Source: an uncultured bacterium (lineage in GTDB: Bacteria; Babelota; Babeliae; Babelales; Vermiphilaceae). From it: a DNA stretch of 64,000 nucleotides. The stretch is from NCBI GenBank assembly GCA_963727255.1, contig CAVSFC010000002.1:160001-224000 (forward strand), read 5' to 3'. Below the pieces are notes generated by a model. It was not told where the DNA came from, made no database searches, and saw only the letters and a program-made list of their open reading frames with translations. A program made the translations under genes and the position numbers. This document shows positions 28,822-38,477 of the stretch, piece after piece (position 1 is the stretch's first letter; every line of letters starts with the position of its first letter).

Positions 28822-30196
28822 ATGGGCGCCCAATCATTGCATAGGAAAACCCAAATTTTTTCAATTCTTGGGGATCTAATAAATTACGGGCATCAACGAT
28901 AACTTTCTCTTTAACCAGTTTTGCAAGTACCCCCAGATCAATATACTTAAACTCATCCCATTCAGTCATAATAATAATGGCATCTGCTCCCGATACAGCC
29001 TCGTAGATAGATTGTACATATATAATATCCGGAAATAATTTGCGCATATTTTCAATAGCAACCGGATCATAGGCTTTTATACGTGCCCCCTCTTGCAAAA
29101 GAACTTCAATGGTAGTAATTGCAGGAGAATACCGCACATCATCAGTATTACTTTTAAATGCGAGTCCTAATAAAGCCACAGTTTTTTGATGTAACGGACC
29201 CGGTAAAAGCATTCGCAATTTCTCTACCGGCTTCTTTTTTTGTTCTTCATTTGCTGTTAAAGCTGCAGTAACCACATTCAAATGAATTCCAAATTTTTTT
29301 CCCAAACCCTCCAGCGCATGGCAATCTTTGGGAAAGCATGACCCACCAAACCCTGGTCCGGGCTTTAAAAAAGCCTGCCCGATACGATTATCAAGTCCCA
29401 TTCCCTGAGCAACATCAAAAACATCTGCCCCCGTTTGATCGCAAAGATTTGCAATTTCATTAATAAAACTCAGTTTCGTAGCAAGAAATGCATTGGAAGC
29501 ATATTTTATCGTTTCAGCTGAAGCAATACTGGTAAAAATACAGGGAACATTTTTTTCCAATAGAGGGGCATAAACATTTCTCATCCAGTCACGTGCATTT
29601 TCAGAATAGGCGCCCACAATAATTCGATCAGGATTCATGAAATCACCAATCGCGCTTCCTTCGCGCAAAAATTCAGGATTTGAGACTAAATCATAATTAG
29701 CTTTATCAACGCGGCTTTCTTCCAATAATTGCACTAAGCTTTCCCCGGTGCCAATAGGCACCGTACTTTTTATGCAAATAATTTTATAGTGATCAAGATG
29801 CGGAATAATCATAGAAAAAGCATTTGATAATGCAGATAAGTCAGCGCATCCATTACTATCCATAGGTGTGCCCACTGCAATAAAAATTCCGTCAGCTTCC
29901 GCTATTGCTTGATGTATATCTGTTGTAAATCTCAGCAACCCGCGTTCAACGTTCCTGGAAACAAGTTCTTTGAGACCCGGCTCATAAATTGGCATACTAT
30001 TTTTTTGTAAAAGATTAATTTTGGCGCTATCAGTGTCAGCGCACATAACTTCATGGCCGAACTCAGCAAAACAGGCACCGGTAATCAAACCCACATAACC
30101 AGTACCCAAAATTGCAATACGGTTAACACACAAACTATTCAAAGGCCACAATAAAAAAATTACCATCAAAAATAAATAAGATTTTTTTAATTTCAT
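28820..30196 (-). CDS. ugd: UDP-glucose 6-dehydrogenase with signal-like N-terminal extension
   Basis: GTGYVG, KSTVP.GT, SNPEFLREG, GFGGSCFPKD, GLAFK..TDD.R.SP. Confidence 0.93.
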   Translation of the reverse strand: MKLKKSYLFLMVIFLLWPLNSLCVNRIAILGTGYVGLITGACFAEFGHEVMCADTDSAKINLLQKNSMPIYEPGLKELVSRNVERGLLRFTTDIHQAIAEADGIFIAVGTPMDSNGCADLSALSNAFSMIIPHLDHYKIICIKSTVPIGTGESLVQLLEESRVDKANYDLVSNPEFLREGSAIGDFMNPDRIIVGAYSENARDWMRNVYAPLLEKNVPCIFTSIASAETIKYASNAFLATKLSFINEIANLCDQTGADVFDVAQGMGLDNRIGQAFLKPGPGFGGSCFPKDCHALEGLGKKFGIHLNVVTAALTANEEQKKKPVEKLRMLLPGPLHQKTVALLGLAFKSNTDDVRYSPAITTIEVLLQEGARIKAYDPVAIENMRKLFPDIIYVQSIYEAVSGADAIIIMTEWDEFKYIDLGVLAKLVKEKVIVDARNLLDPQELKKFGFSYAMIGRP

Positions 30197-30379
30197 AGAT
30201 CCCCCTCTAAATTTCTTCCTCAGCATACGCTATTTATAAATAAGAATTAAACAATTTAGTCAAAAATATAATTTCAGATTGGATTATAGCTCCGAAATGA
30301 ACCCTCATATAATCTCTTGCTCTTGGAATATTTTTTCTGTTATGAGCTAATTTGAGGGACACGCAAATTGGGGAATATT

Positions 30380-31198
30380 ATGCGTTATTGGGGAATGCTA
30401 TTACCATTAGCAATCGGAAGTTTAATTTTTACTCCTAGTACCATTATTGCTCTTGAGAAACCATTAGTTATTATCACCGCTTCATATAACAATATACAAT
30501 GGTGCCAGAAATATTTTGATTCAGTGGCGCACCAAAAATATGATAACTGGACACTAATCTATATTGATGATGCATCAACCGATGGCACACTTGCTTCAAT
30601 AATGCAGCTTGCGCTCGATTATCAACTGGAGCATAAAATAACTTTTATTAAAAATAAAAAACGCAATGGCCACTTGTGCAATCAATATCATGCTATTCAT
30701 GCATGCCCTGCCAACAGCATAATTCTTATTATCGATGGCGATGATTGGCTTGCCAACGATACGGTATTTGAAACTATTAATAAAGCCTATCAGGATGAAA
30801 ATGTATGGCTTACCTATGGGCAATTTTGGTATTGGAAAAAAGACAAGAAAGGATTTTGCCGTCCGATTCCGCCTGATATAATTCAAAAAAATGCAATTCG
30901 TGAAATATCATGGCGCACTACTCATCTGCGCACCTTTTATGCGGGCCTCTTTCAACAAATAAAATTAGAAGATCTAAAACATAATAATGCATTTTTCCCT
31001 TTTTGTGCTGATGTTGCAAGTATGTTTGCAATGATAGAAATGGCGGGCACTCATATTAAGTTTATTCCGGAAATATTGTATATCTATAACGATGATAATC
31101 CATTATCGTATCATCATGATCCAACGCCACAACGTCAATTAGAAGAATATATTAGAACCATGCAGCGATATGAGCCCTTAAAGGAAAAAGTATGGTGA
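30380..31198 (+). CDS. GT2 glycosyltransferase with signal-like N-terminus
   Basis: ITASYNN, YIDDASTDGT, IDGDDWL, THLRTFYA. Confidence 0.85.
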   Translation: MRYWGMLLPLAIGSLIFTPSTIIALEKPLVIITASYNNIQWCQKYFDSVAHQKYDNWTLIYIDDASTDGTLASIMQLALDYQLEHKITFIKNKKRNGHLCNQYHAIHACPANSIILIIDGDDWLANDTVFETINKAYQDENVWLTYGQFWYWKKDKKGFCRPIPPDIIQKNAIREISWRTTHLRTFYAGLFQQIKLEDLKHNNAFFPFCADVASMFAMIEMAGTHIKFIPEILYIYNDDNPLSYHHDPTPQRQLEEYIRTMQRYEPLKEKVW

Positions 31199-32697
31199 AA
31201 AGAAATAAATTTTTTTATTCGATCTTGGCAAGTTGTTTATTTTCAATCCTTATAACCTGCCATGAACAAAAGAAGCTCGCAATTATTATTACCTCATATA
31301 ATAATGCTGATTGGTTCGATAGAAATATTGGCATGATGTTTTGCCAAAAAAATTTTGATGGAACTCCGTATCAAAATTATAGAATTATCTATATAGATGA
31401 TTGCTCTCTTGATGCAACTGCAGAGCTCGTAGAATGTTATATTCATAATTGCAATCAAAGCCATAGATGCACGCTTATCAAAAATAAAACGCGCAAACGG
31501 GCACTCGCTAATTTATATTATGCTATTCAGCTCTGCGAACCTGATGAGATTGTATTTAATATGGATGGAGATGATTGGCTTGCAGATGAATTTATATTTG
31601 CAATGATTAATCAAATTTATCAAGATCCAAATATCTGGATTACCTATGGCTCTTTCATTAATTGGCCCACCAATGAAATCGGATACTGCCAACCAATTTC
31701 TAGTGAATATGTTGAAAAACAATTATTCAGAAAAAAATGGTGGAAGCCTGGCCAGCTGCGCACCTTTTATGGATGGCTTGCTCATCAGATCAAATTAAAA
31801 GATCTGCTCTTTGAAGGCCCCTACTTCCAAGGGGAGTTTTTTCCGGCCAATTCTGATTTAGCAATTTATTATCCAATGATGGAAATGGCCGGATTCCATT
31901 ATCAATTTATTCCCGAACTTATTTATATTCGCAATGTTGCTACTCCAATTAATGATTTTAAAGCAAACAAAGAGGTGCAAATTTTGGGTAGCAAACTGAT
32001 TCGAGAAAAAGAACTATATAAGCGGCTCGATAAACCAGCCGTAGACTATTTTAAACAATTTGAATCACAAAAAGCTGATCTTATTTTATTTTCAGAGAAT
32101 CCTCTACTTACTCAAAAAATGATTACATCATGCGAAAAACTGGTGCGAAATTTGCAAACAATGTATGTAGTGTTCCCGACCAATGCCCAAAAGTTCAAAC
32201 AATTACAATCTTCAACATATGCTATTAAACTTATCGAAGCCAATTCCAATAACTTCAAAGAACAACTGCTCTCAGCAATAAATCAAAGTAATGAGTATCT
32301 CTTATTTGCTTGCGATGGCATGATCTTTAATCATTATGCCGATTGCGCTCAATGCATTTTAGAATTAGAAAAAAAATTCGCTTATGGCTTTTATATGGGG
32401 CTTGGGAGCGATTCGAAAATATCCCATCAAAATGGTATCAGCCAACCAGTTCCAGCGCTCAATAAAGTTGCACCCTCAATATATGCTTGGGCCTTCCACT
32501 ATGCCGATTCAGGTGATTGGCGCTGCTATAATACTCTTTCGGCTACAGTATACCGCAAAAAAACTATTCTGGATCAAATACAACAGTGCTCATTTAGCAA
32601 TTATCATGAATTATTTGAACAATGGAGCAAGGTACCTATTAATCTTGAGCAGATCGGCTTATGCTATGAAACATCACGAATCGGTTACATAAATTAG
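31192..32697 (+). CDS. GT2 glycosyltransferase plus second GT-like domain, signal-like N-terminus
   Basis: ITSYNN, YIDDCSLD, MDGDDWL, QLRTFY; paralogous to the upstream gene. Confidence 0.8.
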   Translation: MVKRNKFFYSILASCLFSILITCHEQKKLAIIITSYNNADWFDRNIGMMFCQKNFDGTPYQNYRIIYIDDCSLDATAELVECYIHNCNQSHRCTLIKNKTRKRALANLYYAIQLCEPDEIVFNMDGDDWLADEFIFAMINQIYQDPNIWITYGSFINWPTNEIGYCQPISSEYVEKQLFRKKWWKPGQLRTFYGWLAHQIKLKDLLFEGPYFQGEFFPANSDLAIYYPMMEMAGFHYQFIPELIYIRNVATPINDFKANKEVQILGSKLIREKELYKRLDKPAVDYFKQFESQKADLILFSENPLLTQKMITSCEKLVRNLQTMYVVFPTNAQKFKQLQSSTYAIKLIEANSNNFKEQLLSAINQSNEYLLFACDGMIFNHYADCAQCILELEKKFAYGFYMGLGSDSKISHQNGISQPVPALNKVAPSIYAWAFHYADSGDWRCYNTLSATVYRKKTILDQIQQCSFSNYHELFEQWSKVPINLEQIGLCYETSRIGYIN

Positions 32698-32710
32698 TTA
32701 TAAGGACTCT

Positions 32711-33211
32711 ATGAAGGATTTATACGCTCCATGGCGCAGCCCCTATTCTGCATCCCTTGATAAATCTAAAAAAGAAAAAACAAAACCGAATGAATGTGTT
32801 TTTTGTTTCGAAAAAAACACTAAAGAAGATGAGCAAAATTTTATTCTTAAGCGATATAAGCATTGCTATGCAATACTCAATAAATATCCTTATAATGCCG
32901 GCCATATTATGGTAATACCATTTGCGCATGTAAAGGATTTGCAAAGCTTGGAACAAGCAGCCCGCCATGAGATCATGGATGCAGTAAATTCATGCATAGA
33001 AATTGTACAAAAAGTGCTCAAATGCGAAGGAATTAATGTTGGGCTTAATTTAGGAAGAGCATCCGGCGCAGGAATTCCCAACCATCTTCATATGCATATC
33101 TTGCCTCGTTGGGAAGGGGATACCAATTTCTTGCCGACACTGGCAAATACCAAAGTTATTTCATTTGATTTAAAAGAGATTTATGAAGCGCTCAAACCGG
33201 TATTAAACTAA
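32711..33211 (+). CDS. HIT-family hydrolase (Ap4A hydrolase/phosphorylase-like)
   Basis: LYAPWR, CVFC, LNKYPYNAGH, HLHMHILPRW. Confidence 0.9.
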   Translation: MKDLYAPWRSPYSASLDKSKKEKTKPNECVFCFEKNTKEDEQNFILKRYKHCYAILNKYPYNAGHIMVIPFAHVKDLQSLEQAARHEIMDAVNSCIEIVQKVLKCEGINVGLNLGRASGAGIPNHLHMHILPRWEGDTNFLPTLANTKVISFDLKEIYEALKPVLN

Positions 33212-33534
33212 CTATTCAATTTTGATTGAATAAGAGTTACCAGCTCAACCAGTTTTTGATAAAGTGGCGAGTTTGAACGATTAGGATTTTCTAATTGCGC
33301 TTTAATTTGGGGAGTAGCTAAGAAAGCCATCAGTTTGCGATACAAGTCAGGGTATTGCATCTCGAGATTCTCATTACGCGTAAGAGCAAGGATTTCTGCA
33401 ACAAAAACCTCAGTTTTTTCAAAAGCTTTTTCAACGTTTTCTACAATAAATTCTCTGGGGTCATCCATTGCAGACATTTTACCGGCAAAAAAACAAGCTG
33501 CCATGAGTAAAATAGTCAAAATAAAACGTAGCAT
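33208..33534 (-). CDS. Small hypothetical secreted protein
   Basis: Signal peptide ...MSA|MDD; AGGAG RBS. Confidence 0.6.
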   Translation of the reverse strand: MLRFILTILLMAACFFAGKMSAMDDPREFIVENVEKAFEKTEVFVAEILALTRNENLEMQYPDLYRKLMAFLATPQIKAQLENPNRSNSPLYQKLVELVTLIQSKLNS

Positions 33535-33800
33535 TACTTTCTCCTAACCATAGTTTTCTATTTAAAATCTTTCTTCATTAACTATTTTAGCATAGCCATA
33601 ATTTAAAAACAATCAATTGTTTCTATTTGAATATATTATTGCAGAAAATGCCTTATTTACGCCAAAAATTCATATTCTTACTAAGATTCAAATAGTTATT
33701 TTATTTCTTTTCTTTTGCCTGTTTGCATTGATTCATCCTCAAAAAACCAGTACTCTAATCATAGTTTTACTCACAAAACCCGTTTTAGCAGGGATTTTCT

Positions 33801-36396
33801 ATGAAGTCGATGCAGATTCGCCAAAAATTTTTTGATTTCTTCATGCAACGTGGTCATGAAAAAGTAGCGAGTTCTTCATTGATTCCCGCCCAAGATCCAA
33901 CGCTTCTTTTTGCCAATGCAGGCATGAATCAATTCAAAGATGTCTTTTTGGGCAAAGAAAAGCGAAGCTATAACCGCGCAGTTACCATTCAAAAATGTGT
34001 CCGTGCCGGGGGCAAGCATAACGATCTAGAAAACGTCGGATTTACCAAGCGTCATCTGACTTTTTTTGAGATGATGGGCAATTTCTCTTTTGGCGATTAT
34101 TTTAAAAAAGATGCCATTCATTATGCGTGGGATTTTCTCACCAAAGAGATGAACTTACCGATAGAAAAACTCCATGCAACGGTCTATAAAACTGATGATG
34201 AAGCATATGATATTTGGCATAAAGAAATAGGCATCCCCGAATCTCGTATCCATCGCCTGGGAGAAAAAGATAATTTTTGGCAGATGGGCGAAACCGGCCC
34301 ATGCGGCCCCTGCACAGAAATTCATATCGATCGTGGCCCTGAATTTGGCTGCAAAGATATTTTCAAATGCGGCCCGGCATGCGATTGCGATAGATTTTTA
34401 GAAATCTGGAACTTAGTTTTCATGCAATTTGATCGGCAACCCGATGGCACTGATAAACCACTCAAGCAAACCGGCGTTGATACGGGAATGGGTCTTGAAC
34501 GATTATGCGCGGTGGTTCAAGATAAAGATTCGGTGTATCAAACCGATATTTTTATGCCGATAATTGAACGCATAGAAAAATTAACTGGAAAAAAATATGC
34601 AGATCAAGATGATCAAACCAAAGCAGCATTCCATGTACTTGCTGATCATATTCGCTCATCAACGCTCATCATTGCCGATGGTGGAGCTCCTTCAAATGAA
34701 GGACGCGGATATGTATTACGTAAAATTATTCGCCGTGCTGCACTTTTTGCACAAAAACTTTCAACCGACAACTATTTTTCCGGAACTATCGAGAGTTGTT
34801 ATTGAACAATTGGGAGATATCTATCCTGAATTAAAAGCAAACGCGACTTTAATTTATAAAATTCTTGAAAGCGAGATTAGCAAATTTGCCGCAAATTTAG
34901 TCCGCGGCCAAGCCATGCTAGAAAAATATTTCCAAGAGCATCAAAAAGAAAAAAATGTTACCGGTCAACAAGCTTTCAAATTATATGATACTTATGGATT
35001 CCCGCTCGAGCTTATTCATGTGATGGCCCAAGAAAAGGGCTTTACCGTTGATGATGCCGGTTTTGAAAAAGAGATGGCAAAGCAACAAGAACAATCCGGA
35101 AAAAAAACAACCGATGAATTGGAACACCTATTGCCTGATTCGGCGACTACGGAATTTACCGGATATCAAGAATTAGAAACAACATCAACCATTTCTCATT
35201 TGATTCTTGATGGTAAGGTGGTCGACTCAGTCCCTGCGGGTGCATCCGTTTGGGTTGTTGCAAAGAAATCACCTTATTTCATTGTTGGTGGAGGCCAAGT
35301 TCCTGATCAAGGAACTCTTGTGATTAATGGAAAAGAAACTCCATTGCTGCAGGTTCGGTATATCAATAATGCGATCGGCGCACAGATTAAGACTCCAGCA
35401 GCACTCAAAGTGGGCGATACGATTATCTGTAAAGTTGATCCGGTTTGGCGAACCAATGCAATGAAAAATCACACCGCAACTCACTTGCTCCAATCAGCGC
35501 TAATAACCCTCTTTGGAAAAACAATTAAACAATCTGGCTCACTGGTGCATCCTGATTATTTGCGTTTTGATTTTACGTACCATGAAAATCTGAGCCAAGC
35601 TGATCTGCAAAAAGTTGAAGATCTGGTCAATAAAAAAATCATGCAGAATATTCCGATCAATATCGAATATATGAGTTTGCCTGAGGCAATCAAGCATGGC
35701 GCTTTGGCATTTTTTGGTGATAAATATAATCCTGAAAAAGTTCGAATGGTTGAGATTCCGAACTTCTCTACAGAGCTGTGCGGAGGAACTCATGTACCCT
35801 CAACAGGGGATATAGGAATATTTAAAATTACAGATATCTCAGCACTTTCTGCAGGCCATCGCCGAATTACTGCAGTAACCGGTCCACGCGCACTTGAATT
35901 ATTCCAAGAAACTTTTGCAATAACTAAAAGTTTGGGACAGGATTTTAAAGTGCAAAAGGAGCAGGTCATCGATGCTGTTCTCAAACAAAAAGAGGATTTA
36001 AAAAAATCGCAGCAGGAAATTAAGCAATTAAAAAAACAGATGTATGCGCTTCTAATTCCGCAGTGGTTTGAAAGTTCTCAGATGATTAATTCCATTGCAT
36101 TTCTTTATCAGCCAGTTGCTGATGCAACCAATGAGGATTTAAAAGAGCTTGCGCAACAATTAGCTGCAAAAAAACCAGGGTTTTATTTTTTAACGAGCAT
36201 GGCAGAAAATAAAGGAATATACGTGGCACAAGTTTCGCCCAACGTTACTATCGATTTGAAAAAAATAGCGGCGCATTTAAAAGATGCCTATGGCATTCGT
36301 GGTGGTGGCACCGATACCTTTTTGCAAGGCGGCGCTCCTTCATTTGATAATCGGTTAAAAGAAGATTTAAAAAAATGGATTAGGGAACAATCATGA
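33801..36396 (+). CDS. alaS: Alanyl-tRNA synthetase (frameshift near 34775)
   Basis: [56 protein letters not shown], split over two overlapping ORFs. Confidence 0.97.
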
Positions 36397-36665
36397 AATA
36401 TAGATTCATAATTTTTACATCAATACTTTTTTCATCAATCGCGTGCGGCATGCTGCAAGAAATGCCCGTAAATGAAAAAAAAGAATCGCAGCCCAAATCC
36501 AATTTAAAAGATCTTGCGGGCAAAAAAAAACAAACCTTGCACGATTCCGGTGATGAGACCCCCAGTTGTTGCGCGGCACTTTTAAATGGTTTATTCGGGC
36601 ACCTTGAAAAAGCAAGACCCTTAGGTTTCAATTTACCACCGTATTATTGCAGAGATATCAACTAA
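36393..36665 (+). CDS. Small hypothetical secreted protein
   Basis: Start overlaps the alaS stop (ATGA); signal peptide ...ACG|MLQ. Confidence 0.55.
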   Translation: MKYRFIIFTSILFSSIACGMLQEMPVNEKKESQPKSNLKDLAGKKKQTLHDSGDETPSCCAALLNGLFGHLEKARPLGFNLPPYYCRDIN

Positions 36666-36677
36666 CATGGAGAAATC

Positions 36678-37232
36678 ATGAATTATTATAATAGTATGTT
36701 CTTTTGCTTAATACTGGCCATTAATTCGTTTTCGATGGAATGGGAGCCTGATGATGCTCCTGAACCTAATCAAACCAGTGCAATTGAACACGCCAATACC
36801 TTGACCATACAAAATCAAAACGATTTAAAAGACTGTTTCAACAAAAATTTAGAAATCCGCGGAAAGCTCATGCATCTGGTTAACAATAAAAAAAATGCAA
36901 AGGAAAATAATCAAATCACAGAGGAAAATAAAAAACAGGTAAGCAATTTACTCAATGAAGCCTGCCATTCCTATCAATACGCTTTCACATCAACACACTC
37001 AACACCTGCAAGAATTCTGGAGAGCCAGGAGCATATTAAAATTGCTCATGCGTATATTACCAAAGCCGATGCAATTTTAAATAAGTATTATAACCAAGAG
37101 CCGGAAGAAAAAACAAAAAATGATCCTGACGAATCTCAAAATAAAAATGAAAAAAAATGTTTGGCTCTAATACCAAAACCATCGACTAGTAAGCGAGAAA
37201 AATCATCGATTCCTGTTCAAGCAAAATTATAG
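36678..37232 (+). CDS. Hypothetical secreted protein
   Basis: GGAG RBS; signal peptide ...SFS|MEW; Asn/Lys/Glu-rich. Confidence 0.6.
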   Translation: MNYYNSMFFCLILAINSFSMEWEPDDAPEPNQTSAIEHANTLTIQNQNDLKDCFNKNLEIRGKLMHLVNNKKNAKENNQITEENKKQVSNLLNEACHSYQYAFTSTHSTPARILESQEHIKIAHAYITKADAILNKYYNQEPEEKTKNDPDESQNKNEKKCLALIPKPSTSKREKSSIPVQAKL

Positions 37233-37760
37233 ATATTCTTCTAAAAGTAATACCGCTTTATGAAGCAGATGCTCAATATCTTCAGCATTTTCTTTAAATT
37301 TTTCAAGTACATAGTTTGGCACATCTTCTTTAAGCGGTGGCCTACCGATGCCAAATCGCAAGCGCGCAAATTGATCCCCGCACGCAGCAATTATGGATTT
37401 TAATCCATTATGCCCACGCGCAGAACCTCCCACACGCATTTTAAGATTGCCAAATGGTTGCTCAAGCTCATCATGCACCACAAGAATATTCTCAGCTTTG
37501 ATCCCTTGCTTAAGCAAAGCAGGTATCACTTTTCCAGAGGCATTCATAAACGTTTGCGGTTTAATCAGCAAGATCTTTTTCCCATCTTTGAGCAATGTTG
37601 CCATCTCTTGGTTTTCTCTTGATTGCCAAGAGAGCCCATGCACTCTTGCCAATTCATCTAAAACGCGAAAGCCAATATTGTGGCGCGTATAATAATAGTT
37701 AGGGCCCGGATTACCGAGCCCAATAATTGCTTTGATATCAAGCTGAGGAACTTGGATCAT
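37227..37760 (-). CDS. pth: Peptidyl-tRNA hydrolase
   Basis: GLGNPG, TRHNIGF, KPQTFMNASG, VHDEL, GHNGLKS. Confidence 0.97.
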   Translation of the reverse strand: MIQVPQLDIKAIIGLGNPGPNYYYTRHNIGFRVLDELARVHGLSWQSRENQEMATLLKDGKKILLIKPQTFMNASGKVIPALLKQGIKAENILVVHDELEQPFGNLKMRVGGSARGHNGLKSIIAACGDQFARLRFGIGRPPLKEDVPNYVLEKFKENAEDIEHLLHKAVLLLEEYL

Positions 37761-37764
37761 ACCG

Positions 37765-38394
37765 TTATGCCACCTTAGTCGCTGGAGCTTTAGGCGCCGC
37801 AGCAGGCTTATTTTTTGCTAATGCTACTTTTTGTTGATGAGATTTATTAGCAAGTTTCAACACATCAGAAGTAGCATCCAAGCCTTCCTTCTTATAGAGT
37901 GTGCGTCCGCTGCTTTCATCGATCACCAAATAGAGATCTTTTTCTTTTGCATATTGCGCAACTACTTGAGCGAACTCATTAAAGAGTGGTTGCATCAATT
38001 CCATCTCTTTCATTTGCAGATCATTTTGACCGTCTTGGACAATGCGTTGGCCTTTTGCTTGCATTTCGCCTTTTTTGTATTCTAGATCTCTAATTTTACG
38101 TTCAGTGTCAGCTTGTGCAGTAGCGCTTGCTGCTGCTTTCTTGTTCATTAAATCAGTGCGTAATCTCTTAATTTCTTCATCGATTCGCTGAATGTCCATG
38201 CTGATATTTTTGAGTTCATTTTCTAATTGTGCGCGAACGCCTTGCAATTCCGCAACCGCTTCTTTACCTGCTTCAGATTCTAAAATTAAAGCTTGTAAGT
38301 TAACTGTTTTAATCTTATCCAAAGGATCTCCTGCTATGCCGGCAACGCTTGCCAACAATGTCAATGCGAGTGTGAGTTTTAAGAAATTTTTCAT
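37765..38394 (-). CDS. skp: Skp/OmpH periplasmic chaperone
   Basis: Signal peptide, KIKTVNLQ..ILESEAGK, long coiled coil, AKEKDLYLVID...LDATSDVLK. Confidence 0.75.
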   Translation of the reverse strand: MKNFLKLTLALTLLASVAGIAGDPLDKIKTVNLQALILESEAGKEAVAELQGVRAQLENELKNISMDIQRIDEEIKRLRTDLMNKKAAASATAQADTERKIRDLEYKKGEMQAKGQRIVQDGQNDLQMKEMELMQPLFNEFAQVVAQYAKEKDLYLVIDESSGRTLYKKEGLDATSDVLKLANKSHQQKVALAKNKPAAAPKAPATKVA

Positions 38395-38477
38395 GATATT
38401 TCCTTGTTTTTTTAACAGTATAATTAGACTAACGGCACTCATCTTTTTACTTTAATAAATTCCTGAAAATAGTCAAT

